From the IMG/VR virus record IMGVR_UViG_3300011442_000001, positions 1 through 64,000 of that record: 64,000 nt of DNA; one strand, written 5' to 3'. The translations under genes and the position numbers were made by a program. The notes beneath the pieces were generated by a model. That model ran no database searches, had not been told where the DNA came from, and worked only from the letters and a program-made list of their open reading frames with translations. The DNA is from a virus (lineage: Duplodnaviria > Caudoviricetes). Of the stretch, positions 47,693 through 57,891 are shown piece after piece (within the stretch, counting starts at the first letter, position 1; each line of letters starts with the position of its first letter).

Positions 47693-48946
47693 CTATTCCT
47701 TTCCTACAATCTCAAATTTTGGTAGAGGAAAAACCAATTTCCCTCCCTCTTCCATATACTTTTTTATATGCTTTCTGGCTAGAAGATTATCTCTAAAGTG
47801 CCAAGGAAGTACCAATAGGTAATCTGGCTTCAATGCCAATGCTTCTGTTTCTGGAATGATAAAGATGTTTGAACCTATGGTCTTCAATCCCCACTTGTCT
47901 TTGTTTATTTCTGCGGCATAAGGAACAAGGTCTCTAGTAACTCCGCATACTTGTAGTAAAGTATTTCCCTTTGTACTTGCTCCCAAAACTGTAACAGTTT
48001 TACCTAAAGATTTCATGGAAGAAAGAAAGCTATGTAAATTGAATATTGTTTCCTTTACACATTCACTGAGCTTTTCAAAGGAGTTCCTGTCTAGATATTC
48101 CCCTTCTCTTAGAAAGGAATTGAATACCGACTCTCTAATTCTATATCTACCTTCGTGGGATGCGGTTACTCTTACGCTTCCGCCATTCACATCATTGTAG
48201 GAGACATCAATAACATCCAGCCTGTGTGCTTTGAATAACTTGATAACATCAAATAACTTGTAGTACTCCAAATGCTCGTGGCAGATATTGTCAAATGCAT
48301 TAATTTTTATCATGGATAAAAAGTCTGTGAACTGTATCACGAAAACTCCATCTTCATGAAGAATAGATACTACATCTCTGACAAACTTGTTAGGGTCTGG
48401 CAGGTCATAAAACATTGCTATTGCAGTGACTACTTTAGCTTTTGCATTGGCCCATTCAGGGTGGTTGGGATGTTTATGATAAGTGTCCCACTGCTCTTTG
48501 GAGAAGTATTCTGGTATCCAAGTGGTTACGTTATTATCTTTTGGTCTTATATTCAGAGCAGGTTCAAATCCTACTTTATTAGCTACTTCTCTTGTATATA
48601 ATCCCAACAGAGTTCCATCGTTGCATCCAATGTCTACGATAGTATCTTCTCGTTGTATAGGAACTCTTCTCTCTATCTCATCCACAATGTCCTTAAGGGA
48701 TGAAACCATACTGGCATTTAGGGAAGAAGAGTACCAGTATTGTCTGTACATCTGGTCTAGTTCCACTGTGTACTTCAGTTGTACAAGTCCACAATGTTGA
48801 CATTCCACCAGAGTTAGTGGAACCTTTTCCTGTAATGAGATACTGGTTAGATTGTCAATAAAAGCAGAAGGGAATATATTACCCAGTGCTAAAACTTCCT
48901 TCAGAGTTGTGCCTCTGCAAATCCTACATTCTTTTAATTCTTCCAT
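47693..48946 (-). CDS. NDP-sugar C-methyltransferase
   Basis: CRIC...C..CGLVQL, DIGCNDG, HEHLEYY, GASTKGN, LPWHF. Confidence 0.9.
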   Translation of the reverse strand: MEELKECRICRGTTLKEVLALGNIFPSAFIDNLTSISLQEKVPLTLVECQHCGLVQLKYTVELDQMYRQYWYSSSLNASMVSSLKDIVDEIERRVPIQREDTIVDIGCNDGTLLGLYTREVANKVGFEPALNIRPKDNNVTTWIPEYFSKEQWDTYHKHPNHPEWANAKAKVVTAIAMFYDLPDPNKFVRDVVSILHEDGVFVIQFTDFLSMIKINAFDNICHEHLEYYKLFDVIKLFKAHRLDVIDVSYNDVNGGSVRVTASHEGRYRIRESVFNSFLREGEYLDRNSFEKLSECVKETIFNLHSFLSSMKSLGKTVTVLGASTKGNTLLQVCGVTRDLVPYAAEINKDKWGLKTIGSNIFIIPETEALALKPDYLLVLPWHFRDNLLARKHIKKYMEEGGKLVFPLPKFEIVGKE

Positions 48947-48961
48947 TTTCCTGTACCTTTC

Positions 48962-49732
48962 TTAAAGCATCGATTCCGGTGTAACAGTTTTACTATTGGT
49001 TCCTCTGTTCTTCAGAAGTTCCTTTGTTCCCACGATAACCTTTTCCCCACATTTTGAACCATCAGGCATTGTTCTTCCACAGATAAGATGAATTTTGTTT
49101 CTGTCTTCCTGTGGGAAAGTTGTCCAGAAAGTTCCTAGTAGCATGTCACATTTAGGGCAGAATATATAGGACATCTTGGATTCGTAGAACTTCTTGCCCT
49201 TAGCTTGTAGGTCAGCTAGATATGCTATTGTAGATGCTTCTCTATCAGACTTTCTAACCTTACGAGTAATGTTCAAATCCTGTTGGAACTTACTTATGTC
49301 TGCTCTAAGGTCTGACATTACCTTGTGTATTTTTTCCACAGAGAAGATTGAAGATTCTGTAATACCCTCTGCTCTTTTTCTGAAGATATACTGTTCGTAG
49401 TCTTCCAGAGTAATCTGAGCCTGTATCAAGGCTCTTAGAGTATCCATGTCATTTATTTTCATATCTGACAGGTCGTAGTCATTCTCAAACTCGTCGAGCT
49501 TCTTACTAATTCTGCTCTCAAAGGCTGTAGACTGCTCAATACCTAAATTCTTTTTATCTAAAATTTCCTCAAACTCTCGGTCAGAAAGGTTTTTATATTG
49601 AGCAAGGTTACGCATTCTGCTCTGCTTCCCAGTACGTTTCTTCTGCCTTGTCTGCCCGTCGTCTAGAATTATTTCATCATTTTCATCCATAAATTCTCTT
49701 CCTTTCCTAGTTTCTAAGGATAATTGTACCAT
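48962..49732 (-). CDS. Probable terminase small subunit
   Basis: Helical protein with a C-terminal Zn ribbon, first gene after a terminator and upstream of terL; assignment is positional. Confidence 0.5.
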   Translation of the reverse strand: MVQLSLETRKGREFMDENDEIILDDGQTRQKKRTGKQSRMRNLAQYKNLSDREFEEILDKKNLGIEQSTAFESRISKKLDEFENDYDLSDMKINDMDTLRALIQAQITLEDYEQYIFRKRAEGITESSIFSVEKIHKVMSDLRADISKFQQDLNITRKVRKSDREASTIAYLADLQAKGKKFYESKMSYIFCPKCDMLLGTFWTTFPQEDRNKIHLICGRTMPDGSKCGEKVIVGTKELLKNRGTNSKTVTPESML

Positions 49733-49762
49733 ATTTCCCCATTTTGAGGTGTAAATTAAAAT

Positions 49763-49792
49763 AAAAAAGGACAGAAATCAAATTTCTGTCCT
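49763..49792 (-). terminator. Rho-independent terminator ending the replication module
   Basis: AGGACAGAAAT-TTG-ATTTCTGTCCT followed by a T tract. Confidence 0.8.
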
Positions 49793-49820
49793 AATTTGTT
49801 GCTTAGAATCTATTTAGTTA

Positions 49821-50132
49821 TTACTTGCTGGCATAATACTTTTGCGAAAATGCCTTGAAAGACTTGTACCCTATTACATAAAGTCCCGAAGATACTAATG
49901 CTCCAAGGATTGCTACAAGTAGTGCCTTTGCCCAAGAAATCCAGTCTGTAGGAAGGTTATACCCATCTACTCCTAGTATAGCCAAGAGCAAAACTGCAAC
50001 AGCATTCGCTAATACTAGCAAAGCCGCCAAGACTTTTGGTGGAAACTCAAAGTTAGGATTGCCTGTTGCTTTGGCAACCAACTGCTTCAAGCCCTCTACC
50101 AAAAATACTGAGAGTGCCGCTGACGTAATCAT
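49821..50132 (-). CDS. Three-TM membrane protein, holin-like
   Basis: Hydrophobic helices, basic C-terminus. Confidence 0.55.
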   Translation of the reverse strand: MITSAALSVFLVEGLKQLVAKATGNPNFEFPPKVLAALLVLANAVAVLLLAILGVDGYNLPTDWISWAKALLVAILGALVSSGLYVIGYKSFKAFSQKYYASK

Positions 50133-50145
50133 TTGTTATTTCTCC

Positions 50146-50742
50146 TTATTCTAGAATAAATTGTTTAGCGATTGCATCTAGAACTGTATCTAACTTGCTC
50201 GCTAATAAGTCGTTTTCAGATTCTCTGTTACGGACGGAGAAGTGGTACATTCCTATCTCTTCCAAGTCCAACTTTTCAATCATTGTTTCAGGAAGACTAT
50301 TCTCTGAAACATCTTTAGCAAGGCTACCGCCTAAGCCTCCCCTGTCTATCATTCTAATCGTTACAACTTCTAGTAAAGGGTTGGATGTGAGATATTTTGA
50401 TTCGTTCTCAAATCTCCAGTCATCTACTACCACAAAGTTGAAGGGCAGTAATCCTGCTTGTTTATCCATCTGTTGAAGCAAGTGCCTTACCCAAATATTA
50501 ATGTCATACTCTCTTCCCACTTTTCCGACATCCTGCAAAAGCTTCCTACCTCTATCATCCTTTTCTCCGTCCCATCCAAAGTAGGCTTTAGCCATAAACT
50601 TTATAGGGCTAGCTAGAGAATACCTAAAGGTAGTAATCCCCTCAAAACCGTCCAATCTTGTTTTTAGCATATTAGCGACAGTGGTTTTCCCGCTACCTGC
50701 TTTCCCGCTAATCAGTATTACTACTGTTTTTCTCGTTCTCAT
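50146..50742 (-). CDS. Deoxynucleoside monophosphate kinase
   Basis: GKAGSGKT, RKLLQ.VG, DDWRFENE, SE. Confidence 0.85.
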   Translation of the reverse strand: MRTRKTVVILISGKAGSGKTTVANMLKTRLDGFEGITTFRYSLASPIKFMAKAYFGWDGEKDDRGRKLLQDVGKVGREYDINIWVRHLLQQMDKQAGLLPFNFVVVDDWRFENESKYLTSNPLLEVVTIRMIDRGGLGGSLAKDVSENSLPETMIEKLDLEEIGMYHFSVRNRESENDLLASKLDTVLDAIAKQFILE

Positions 50743-50965
50743 TTCCTAATCCTATTCTGGCTGATATAGCTGATATATCTTCCGCCTGTAAAAATCCTAT
50801 TTCCAACAATTTGTAAAGCAAGGAAAGATAGCCTTGTTTGTCTATGATAAAAGAGTCTGGAGCGGCTATAAACAAATGCCCGTCCCGTTGCTTTATCACG
50901 ACACTATTGAGTAAGGGTATTTGTGTTATCAGCACCGTTGTCATTCTTAGCCTTTCGAGCGACAA
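50708..50965 (-). CDS. Hypothetical protein
   Basis: ORF in operon. Confidence 0.5.
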   Translation of the reverse strand: MSLERLRMTTVLITQIPLLNSVVIKQRDGHLFIAAPDSFIIDKQGYLSLLYKLLEIGFLQAEDISAISARIGLGNENEKNSSNTD

Positions 50966-51209
50966 TCAGACTACGGAAACCCTTGTCATACGCTTCCTCT
51001 CTTAGCTGAGTAAGAGCAGAAACCATAGCTGTCTCATGGGCATTATCAAAATCAGAACTAATGCTCTTGGTTTCAATGGTCTCCTCTTCCGTAGTCCCAT
51101 CATCGAAGTAGTTAGTTTCTATCATAAGAACAGTTACAGTCCAAAAACCACCTTCGTCCACTGTCCCTTTATTATCGTTTACAAATCCTTTGCCAATCAA
51201 TTTAGCCAT
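50904..51209 (-). CDS. Hypothetical protein
   Basis: ORF with AAGGAG RBS. Confidence 0.6.
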   Translation of the reverse strand: MAKLIGKGFVNDNKGTVDEGGFWTVTVLMIETNYFDDGTTEEETIETKSISSDFDNAHETAMVSALTQLREEAYDKGFRSLIVARKAKNDNGADNTNTLTQ

Positions 51210-51219
51210 TCTTACTCCT

Positions 51220-52176
51220 TTATTTTACAGGCAAACTTACTACCAGATTTGGGTTGGTTTTCTTTGTGATGATAGAAGTTCTGCCTCTACCATAAGCACC
51301 GCACTGACACACAAATAATGGAAACTTACTTACTCCCGTATAGTGGAATTTATTATCCAACCAAGTAATATTTGAACTACCACAATTTGGACAAACAGTT
51401 TCATTAGAGTCAATGTATAGTCCAATATTAGGATGATTTCTAATCCAAGGTCTAAGTTTTAAATAAACATTTTCCAAAAGAATAGTATCACCAATATTGT
51501 ATTCTTGCATGTAGGTTAATGCTTTTTCTTCTCCTCTGACGCAACGTTTCCATAATTCTATATCAGTATCCTTCTTAGCTTCAAATCCAAAAATTCTTGC
51601 TAGGGCGTTTAGATTATTGTGTGTAAATCCAAACTGTTGTCTAGCTACAAGAAGAGTATCAATAGTTTTATATGGACTTGGGGGTGGAAGATTATTCACA
51701 ATAAATCTTGTGTTCATGTTTGGAATATCAAATCCATCTCCGTTGTGGGCAATAGCTATGTCACATTCATCCAGTAACTTCCAGAAATCTTTTGTAATTC
51801 TGGAGTCGTCTTCTTGAATGGCTTCCTTTCCGGTAAGCCTGGCTGTCATGACATTTCCATCGTACAGCCATTTGGCACTCCAAGTTAGCATGAACCATTC
51901 TGAAATAACTTGTTCTTCTGTAATGTTAGCTCTCCAAATACTCTTCTGAAATACATAAGCACTTAATGGGGCTGTTTCAATATCAAAGAGCAAAACCTTT
52001 GGGAACTTTCTCAGAACGGCGTCATCCCCTTGCAGAAACTTCAAGTAACATGAAGGATGTGACAATGCTGTGTGCCTGTGCTTGCACCTAAAGTTGATAA
52101 TATTGGTCTTGGTCATTAATGGTTTCCTTATCTTTAGTAGTAGGTAGGTAATGGTTCTTCGGGACTTTCTTAGCAA
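51220..52176 (-). CDS. RNase H-like / DnaQ-type 3'-5' exonuclease with Zn ribbon
   Basis: FDIET, HNGDGFD, IDT, YNIGD, CPNC...CQC; true start probably ~52116. Confidence 0.8.
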   Translation of the reverse strand: MLRKSRRTITYLLLKIRKPLMTKTNIINFRCKHRHTALSHPSCYLKFLQGDDAVLRKFPKVLLFDIETAPLSAYVFQKSIWRANITEEQVISEWFMLTWSAKWLYDGNVMTARLTGKEAIQEDDSRITKDFWKLLDECDIAIAHNGDGFDIPNMNTRFIVNNLPPPSPYKTIDTLLVARQQFGFTHNNLNALARIFGFEAKKDTDIELWKRCVRGEEKALTYMQEYNIGDTILLENVYLKLRPWIRNHPNIGLYIDSNETVCPNCGSSNITWLDNKFHYTGVSKFPLFVCQCGAYGRGRTSIITKKTNPNLVVSLPVK

Positions 52177-52558
52177 GCTTGTGTCTAAATCTGCTCTTTA
52201 TATAGTTTAGCAAAATATCTACCTGCTCATCGTTTAGTTTATATTTGGTTTTCATATAGTCTAGATAGCCGTCATCTGTAAAATAGTCGCCCATGTAAAA
52301 GGCAACCCTATCACATATAGCTGTAAACTTTTTGTACAATGCTTTCCTTTGATTTACTGGGCGCTCGTCAAATCTTCCTATGTCTCCTGCCATCTCACTA
52401 ATTACTTCCAAGTCTTTATCTGATAGAAATCCCCTTTCTCTTAGCTCCTTTATAGCTTTTTCCACCAGAATAAGGTCATTGTATTCATCGCTATCTATAT
52501 CCAGTGTTTCCCTGATATAGTTCTTTTTATTCAGCAAGGATTGAATTATCCAAGACAT
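52088..52558 (-). CDS. Hypothetical protein
   Basis: 156-aa ORF in operon. Confidence 0.6.
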   Translation of the reverse strand: MSWIIQSLLNKKNYIRETLDIDSDEYNDLILVEKAIKELRERGFLSDKDLEVISEMAGDIGRFDERPVNQRKALYKKFTAICDRVAFYMGDYFTDDGYLDYMKTKYKLNDEQVDILLNYIKSRFRHKLAKKVPKNHYLPTTKDKETINDQDQYYQL

Positions 52559-53246
52559 TTCTCTCTTCTCCTCTGCTTCCCTGCAAACATCCAGTCTTCC
52601 AAGGACATCTAAAACATGAGTGATTGAACATTCCTAATCTTTCATATTCATCATGCCTTACTGCTTTTATCATTCTGGGTATTATCTTCTCGAACACTTC
52701 CCTTACGTAGAAGTCGTTTCTAACGAACGGGATAAGCTGACCTGTGGAAAGTCCTGCCACACAAAGACTTGCTGGATGGTTTCCAAAAATCCTTTTAAAT
52801 GCCCAGTCATAAATAATACACTGAATATCATTATCCAATCTTGAAGGAAGCTTTGCAGAGGATTTCCAATCAAGTACATTGCCTCTGTAAATTCTATCTA
52901 TCTTTCCGACAATAAAAACATCGTCATACAAGGGTATCTTGAAATTGTACTCAATCAGGTCTTTCTCTCCAAGCAGTCCTGCAAAGTTCAGGAAGAATAT
53001 ATCAAGCATAAAGGATAAGTTGGTAGCGTCTGCTTTTCTCAAATCCCTAACCTTGACCTCATTGTCCAGAATGCTCTTTGCCTTTTCCCTGTTGTTCCAT
53101 CCCTTCTCAATAACATAATGTATAACTTCCCCCGCAACCATATCCTTAGATACTTCTGCGGGAACAGTTTTCTTGAAGCGATATAATACCTTTTGTGGAC
53201 AACGAACAAAATCATTTATTGAACTGGCCGATAAATAAATAGGCAT
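52527..53246 (-). CDS. Cas4/RecB-like PD-(D/E)XK exonuclease
   Basis: SASSI...CP, GKIDR...DWKS, Q...Y, CFRCPWKTGC Fe-S motif. Confidence 0.85.
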   Translation of the reverse strand: MPIYLSASSINDFVRCPQKVLYRFKKTVPAEVSKDMVAGEVIHYVIEKGWNNREKAKSILDNEVKVRDLRKADATNLSFMLDIFFLNFAGLLGEKDLIEYNFKIPLYDDVFIVGKIDRIYRGNVLDWKSSAKLPSRLDNDIQCIIYDWAFKRIFGNHPASLCVAGLSTGQLIPFVRNDFYVREVFEKIIPRMIKAVRHDEYERLGMFNHSCFRCPWKTGCLQGSRGEERNVLDNSILAE

Positions 53247-53617
53247 TATGCCAACACTCTTTCCTGATATACCAAAGTCTTGAACATGTCGTGCATCTGC
53301 TTATAGACTTCGAACTGATTTCTTTTCAGTTCTAGGGAAGCCTGTATCTCCGCCAGTTCGTCCCTTACTAATACTAGTCTTCCGTCCAATCCTCCAAACT
53401 TGAAAGCATTCTCATAATAGGAGACCGCTACAGGTTTTCCGTTTACAAAGAAATGCTCATCGGTCATAACCTGCCGAAAAGATTCACCCTCTTTTGCTTT
53501 TATACTATTCTCCAGCTTCATCTTTGCAACTGAGAGTTTCTTTATTTCCTCTGCCAAGTTCATGAAGTCTTCAAAGGAAGGCATGGCTTCCATTATTCTT
53601 TGAGAATTAGTCTGCAT
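53246..53617 (-). CDS. Coiled-coil hypothetical protein
   Basis: 123-aa helical ORF. Confidence 0.55.
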   Translation of the reverse strand: MQTNSQRIMEAMPSFEDFMNLAEEIKKLSVAKMKLENSIKAKEGESFRQVMTDEHFFVNGKPVAVSYYENAFKFGGLDGRLVLVRDELAEIQASLELKRNQFEVYKQMHDMFKTLVYQERVLA

Positions 53618-53996
53618 AATCTACTCCTCCATGAATGACAATATATATTCTATCTTCGTAGCGAACCTTGGTTCCGGTAAAACCTCCAAACAAACTGACA
53701 TATTTATCAGACCATACTTTTTCATTAGCTTCAAGTACAATCACTCCTCCTGTGGAAAGAACAGAAAAAGCATAAAGAAAGTTCTCCCAATTATACCCAC
53801 TAGGAATAACTACATAATCATATTGTAGCACGAGCTTTGTTCTTTTGTTTGTTACAAGAAATTTTCTTTCTTTCAGTTCTTGGAACAGTTCTTCTGCTAG
53901 GGTGCTGGTCTCTGTCATTACGAATCCCACCGACTCCTTTTGCAGAATAGAGTTATGTCTCAAGATGGAAATTACATCATCTTTAAATCCACTCAT
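53607..53996 (-). CDS. Hypothetical protein
   Basis: ORF in operon. Confidence 0.55.
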   Translation of the reverse strand: MSGFKDDVISILRHNSILQKESVGFVMTETSTLAEELFQELKERKFLVTNKRTKLVLQYDYVVIPSGYNWENFLYAFSVLSTGGVIVLEANEKVWSDKYVSLFGGFTGTKVRYEDRIYIVIHGGVDYAD

Positions 53997-54384
53997 TTTG
54001 TATCCTTTCTTCTATATCACTATAGGTGTCACATATTTTGAAAAGCTTTTCAGGCTTTAGTATACTTCCCAACTCAACAGATGTATCCGATAAAAAGCTG
54101 GTAAGATGTTCTACTGAAGACCTGATTCCGTTGTAGGAATTGTAAACTCTATAAGGGTTTATAGGCAGGTCATTAACAAATCCGTCGAATTCAAATACAT
54201 CATTTATAACTCTAACTACTTCTTCCGAGGGAAGTTCCAAGAACTTTACGATGTTGTCATTACACGCTCCGGCAACACACAAGGATAGAATATCCAGATT
54301 GGCATACATCTCCACCAGCCAACCATCAATTCCAAACCGCTCCTTATAAAAGTCTTTGATTATTTCCCAATCGGTATTAGTCAT
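53983..54384 (-). CDS. Hypothetical protein
   Basis: ORF in operon. Confidence 0.55.
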   Translation of the reverse strand: MTNTDWEIIKDFYKERFGIDGWLVEMYANLDILSLCVAGACNDNIVKFLELPSEEVVRVINDVFEFDGFVNDLPINPYRVYNSYNGIRSSVEHLTSFLSDTSVELGSILKPEKLFKICDTYSDIEERIQNEWI

Positions 54385-54800
54385 TTTGTCTTATCCAATT
54401 CTTTCTGTAAATCGGTTATATGGTTTATAATTGTCGAGAATGTTTCTACGTCCAAGGCTACGAATATCTTCACACCTTCTCTAGAACCTGAGAACTTTCC
54501 CATCAACATAGGTATGGAGAATGTTCCTTCTGCTTCCATCTTTACCTTATCCAGCCATTCCTTTTTTAGGGCAAATTGTGTAGCTCCTCCATATCCTACC
54601 TTACATTCTACTTTGAATTTTCTAGGAATAGACTTAACCACTCCAACAATATCAGAAGTCAACATAGGCTCACCTAAAGTTGTTCCTATCGCACCACTGC
54701 CCGGAATCCTTTTCCATAGGCTATTTTCGATTAAAAGGTTAAGGGTTTCTGTGGCTAGTCTTTCAAAATCATCCCCTTTACGTTTTTGCGGATTACTCAT
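54381..54800 (-). CDS. Holliday junction resolvase (Hjc-like)
   Basis: KRKGDDFER...SD...VECK. Confidence 0.8.
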   Translation of the reverse strand: MSNPQKRKGDDFERLATETLNLLIENSLWKRIPGSGAIGTTLGEPMLTSDIVGVVKSIPRKFKVECKVGYGGATQFALKKEWLDKVKMEAEGTFSIPMLMGKFSGSREGVKIFVALDVETFSTIINHITDLQKELDKTK

Positions 54801-55020
54801 TTATTATTTCACCTTTTATCTTTTCCATAGCCTTTTGTATTTTCATAGAGTCTTCATGTCTCTTTCTATCCTGTATAATGATAAACAGAGTATAGGCACA
54901 GGCTACCCCCAATCCTCTCCACAAGTCTCCTATGAATAGTATTGCTCCGCAAGCTACACAGGAAAAGAGTACTATGAAGTACATCCAGTTAATTAGTTCC
55001 TCAATAAAATGTTTTATCAT
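54793..55020 (-). CDS. Small two-TM membrane protein
   Basis: Hydrophobic segments. Confidence 0.5.
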   Translation of the reverse strand: MIKHFIEELINWMYFIVLFSCVACGAILFIGDLWRGLGVACAYTLFIIIQDRKRHEDSMKIQKAMEKIKGEIINE

Positions 55021-56309
55021 GCCTCTCCTATCCTGTAGCTTGGGCCATCAAAACTCAATGGTACTGTTCCTGATGGGCCGTTTCTATGCTTAAGAACTAT
55101 GAACTCCATCTTGTTCTTGTGCTTTGTTTCCTTGTTATAATGCTCGTCTCTGTAGAGTCCTACAGCAAAATCTGGGTCTTCTTCCAGTGCGCCTGACATC
55201 TTGAAGTCTGACATCAAAGGTCTTTTATCTTCTCTGGATTCCAGATTTCTATTTAGCTGAGAAAGAAGTACAAAACAAATTCCAAGATTATTTGACATCA
55301 GTTTTGCCAGTCTGCTCAGTCTACCAATAGCCTGTGTCTGTTGTTCGTCTCTATCTGTAGCTATCTGAATGTAATCCAGATAAACTATTTCTATTCCATG
55401 CTTTGTTCTAAACTTATTGATTGTACCCTCTATATAGGAAGGGTCATTGCACATGAAGTTTGTATCCAGATATATGGGTAGCTTGCTTATCTTCTGGAAT
55501 GAATCATAAATCTGTTTAGTCTGTCTGTTATCCAGAACTCCCAAACGTATGTCTGTATTAGGAATTCCTGTATCTATGGAAACAAGTCTTTCCAGAAGTT
55601 CCTGATTTCTCATTTCACGCTCTATCAAGAGCGAAGGAACTCCAGCCAGTCCATCCTGTAAAACCGAGTTACAAACCAGAGCAGTCTTTCCCATTCCCGG
55701 TCTTCCACCGATTACCCACAAATCTCCAGAGCATTTTCCTCCTGTTGCTTTATCGAGAATAGGAATGCCCCACGTTGTTCCTCTAATTCCTGGGTTGTTC
55801 TTTCTTTCTAGAATTGTTTGATAGGCATCCTTTACTAAGTCTCCAACATGGAATACGTTCTCCAAGTTACGGGCTTCCAGCAAGGAGTCCAAACTCTTTC
55901 TGGTTGACATTATCATTTCATCAATATTGGATGCATTAATCTTGTCTTTTTCTACCCCAGAAGTCAAAGATATATAACTTCTAGCTTTATAAGATGTTAC
56001 TACTATGCTGACAAATTCTGTGAAAGACTCCACGGCCACGTTCTTCGAAAGAAGGAATTCTATCTGCCTTTCTCCTCCGATGTCGTCCAGAATATTTTTT
56101 GATTTCATGCTCTGTACTACTAGAGTTGGGTCTGGTACTAGGTTCTTTTCCTTTAGTTCTACCATCTCCTTGAAGAGGATTTGATTGGGCTTGGAAGAAA
56201 ACATCCACTCCTGTAGTCCATTAATTGAGTCTATCATAGCAGGATGTTGTAAAAGTGTAGACAGCACCACCAGTTCGGCGTCCATAGAAAATAGCTTGTT
56301 ATCAGACAT
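55017..56309 (-). CDS. dnaB: Replicative DNA helicase
   Basis: GGRPGMGKT, LDYIQ, LSQLNR..E.R.DKRP..SD...SG.LE.D.D, KHRNG. Confidence 0.95.
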   Translation of the reverse strand: MSDNKLFSMDAELVVLSTLLQHPAMIDSINGLQEWMFSSKPNQILFKEMVELKEKNLVPDPTLVVQSMKSKNILDDIGGERQIEFLLSKNVAVESFTEFVSIVVTSYKARSYISLTSGVEKDKINASNIDEMIMSTRKSLDSLLEARNLENVFHVGDLVKDAYQTILERKNNPGIRGTTWGIPILDKATGGKCSGDLWVIGGRPGMGKTALVCNSVLQDGLAGVPSLLIEREMRNQELLERLVSIDTGIPNTDIRLGVLDNRQTKQIYDSFQKISKLPIYLDTNFMCNDPSYIEGTINKFRTKHGIEIVYLDYIQIATDRDEQQTQAIGRLSRLAKLMSNNLGICFVLLSQLNRNLESREDKRPLMSDFKMSGALEEDPDFAVGLYRDEHYNKETKHKNKMEFIVLKHRNGPSGTVPLSFDGPSYRIGEA

Positions 56310-56697
56310 TTTTATCTAATCCTTCCGGTGACGGTGCATCTTTATGTTTTTCTTTTTTTACTCTCTCTATATCCCTGTCTATGCCGTTCACATAAGATAG
56401 AAGAGATTCTCTTGCTTGCATTACAGAGTCATCGTACTCTTTTTCAAACCTTCCAAGACAAATTGCGTAGAGAAGCGGTGAAGGTTCCTCCACCTTTTCA
56501 GGATAAGTTCCTGACATTTTCAGGATGGAGTAGAATACGTTGAACCTTCCGAAAGCTTTTACAAGCCTATTGCACATCATTGTTTCAGATTTGGTAGGAA
56601 TTATGTTATATAATGAACAATAGAACTCTGCCAGAATCTTACCCGGAGTTTCAGTTTCCTTTAGCTTTATTAGGTAGTATTCTGAATTATTTTCCAT
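56302..56697 (-). CDS. Hypothetical protein upstream of the helicase
   Basis: 131-aa ORF. Confidence 0.55.
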   Translation of the reverse strand: MENNSEYYLIKLKETETPGKILAEFYCSLYNIIPTKSETMMCNRLVKAFGRFNVFYSILKMSGTYPEKVEEPSPLLYAICLGRFEKEYDDSVMQARESLLSYVNGIDRDIERVKKEKHKDAPSPEGLDKNV

Positions 56698-56732
56698 AAG
56701 TATAGGGGAGGATTTCTCCTCCCCTCCTTTCC

Positions 56733-57548
56733 TTAGAAGTTGAATAGTGATTGTGCGGCGTCGTCAATATCCTGAGCGGGGTTGTCTGTCAACTCCATAT
56801 CAGAATTGAAGATAGCAGTCTTAGCATCGGTCTTGGCCTTTCTAATTGCGAAGACATCCTTCAAAGAATGCCCATTGAATACCTCAAGCATCTCTTCCGG
56901 TTCCAGCTTGATTGTAGCCTTTTCAAGGTCATACAATTCCTGCCCTTCCTTCAATTCAATCAAACCAGCCTTATTAGGAAAGTATCTTGGAGTAGGAGTA
57001 GTAACCTTATCACGCTTGACTCCACGAACCAAAATCATCCAATCGTAAGAACGGATGTCTACTCTTTTGTCGTCTTCGTCACGAACGCTGTTTGAAATAA
57101 CCTTCAAATCTGTGAATAATCTCTCGCTTCCAGATAGAACTTTAACTTCATCCAGTGGACGAACAGTTCCCAAAGCAGTTCCGCAACCTGAGCAAACTTC
57201 TCCCTGTGCTTTGTTTACTGTCTGGCACTTCTCGCAAACCTTTACAGGAGTGCGGTCTAGGACGTTGATGTAGTATCTGTCTCTGCGTGGATACCAGCCC
57301 TTTACATCACGGAAATCCTCTGGATGTTCGTACATAATTTTCTTGTTGTTCTGACATAGTGGGCATTCATCACCCAAACATGCTAGATACATGAAGTTGA
57401 TGTAGTGGATATAGTGCTTCACTTCATGGCCGTCCAGAATGCGAACAACATGCTCTCCTTCGTCCAGTGTTAGAAATTCTGTCTTTCTAAACTTTGAGGA
57501 CTGACGTTCTTTCTTATCTTCAATAAAATTGCCAAATTCGTCGGACAT
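56733..57548 (-). CDS. gp32-like single-stranded DNA-binding protein
   Basis: VRIL...H...C....CPLC...RYYINV.DR; acidic C-terminus ending in F. Confidence 0.75.
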   Translation of the reverse strand: MSDEFGNFIEDKKERQSSKFRKTEFLTLDEGEHVVRILDGHEVKHYIHYINFMYLACLGDECPLCQNNKKIMYEHPEDFRDVKGWYPRRDRYYINVLDRTPVKVCEKCQTVNKAQGEVCSGCGTALGTVRPLDEVKVLSGSERLFTDLKVISNSVRDEDDKRVDIRSYDWMILVRGVKRDKVTTPTPRYFPNKAGLIELKEGQELYDLEKATIKLEPEEMLEVFNGHSLKDVFAIRKAKTDAKTAIFNSDMELTDNPAQDIDDAAQSLFNF

Positions 57549-57549
57549 G

Positions 57550-57891
57550 TTATATGGTCTCCTTTTCTGTGGGTTCTACTTCTATGGCAGGTTTCTTAGA
57601 TGGAGTGTAGATTGCTTCCATCTCTGCCTTTAGTTCCTGCATGGTCTGAGTTCTTTCTAGTTCCAAATGTTCGATAACATCCTTTACCTTACTTGTTATC
57701 ATGGAATCAATCAGTTCATAATAGTGACGATAAGAAATCTCGATTGATAAATACATGTTCATGTACATCAATCCAATTACCTTTTCGTTCCTAGCGACCT
57801 CTTCAGGGATGTCTGTAATTGCGCTACTGAACTTTATGTTTTTGAAATCCCCCAATGAGTACAGTCTTTCGGCATATAGTGTTCTCTGCAT
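57550..57891 (-). CDS. Hypothetical protein
   Basis: 113-aa ORF. Confidence 0.55.
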   Translation of the reverse strand: MQRTLYAERLYSLGDFKNIKFSSAITDIPEEVARNEKVIGLMYMNMYLSIEISYRHYYELIDSMITSKVKDVIEHLELERTQTMQELKAEMEAIYTPSKKPAIEVEPTEKETI

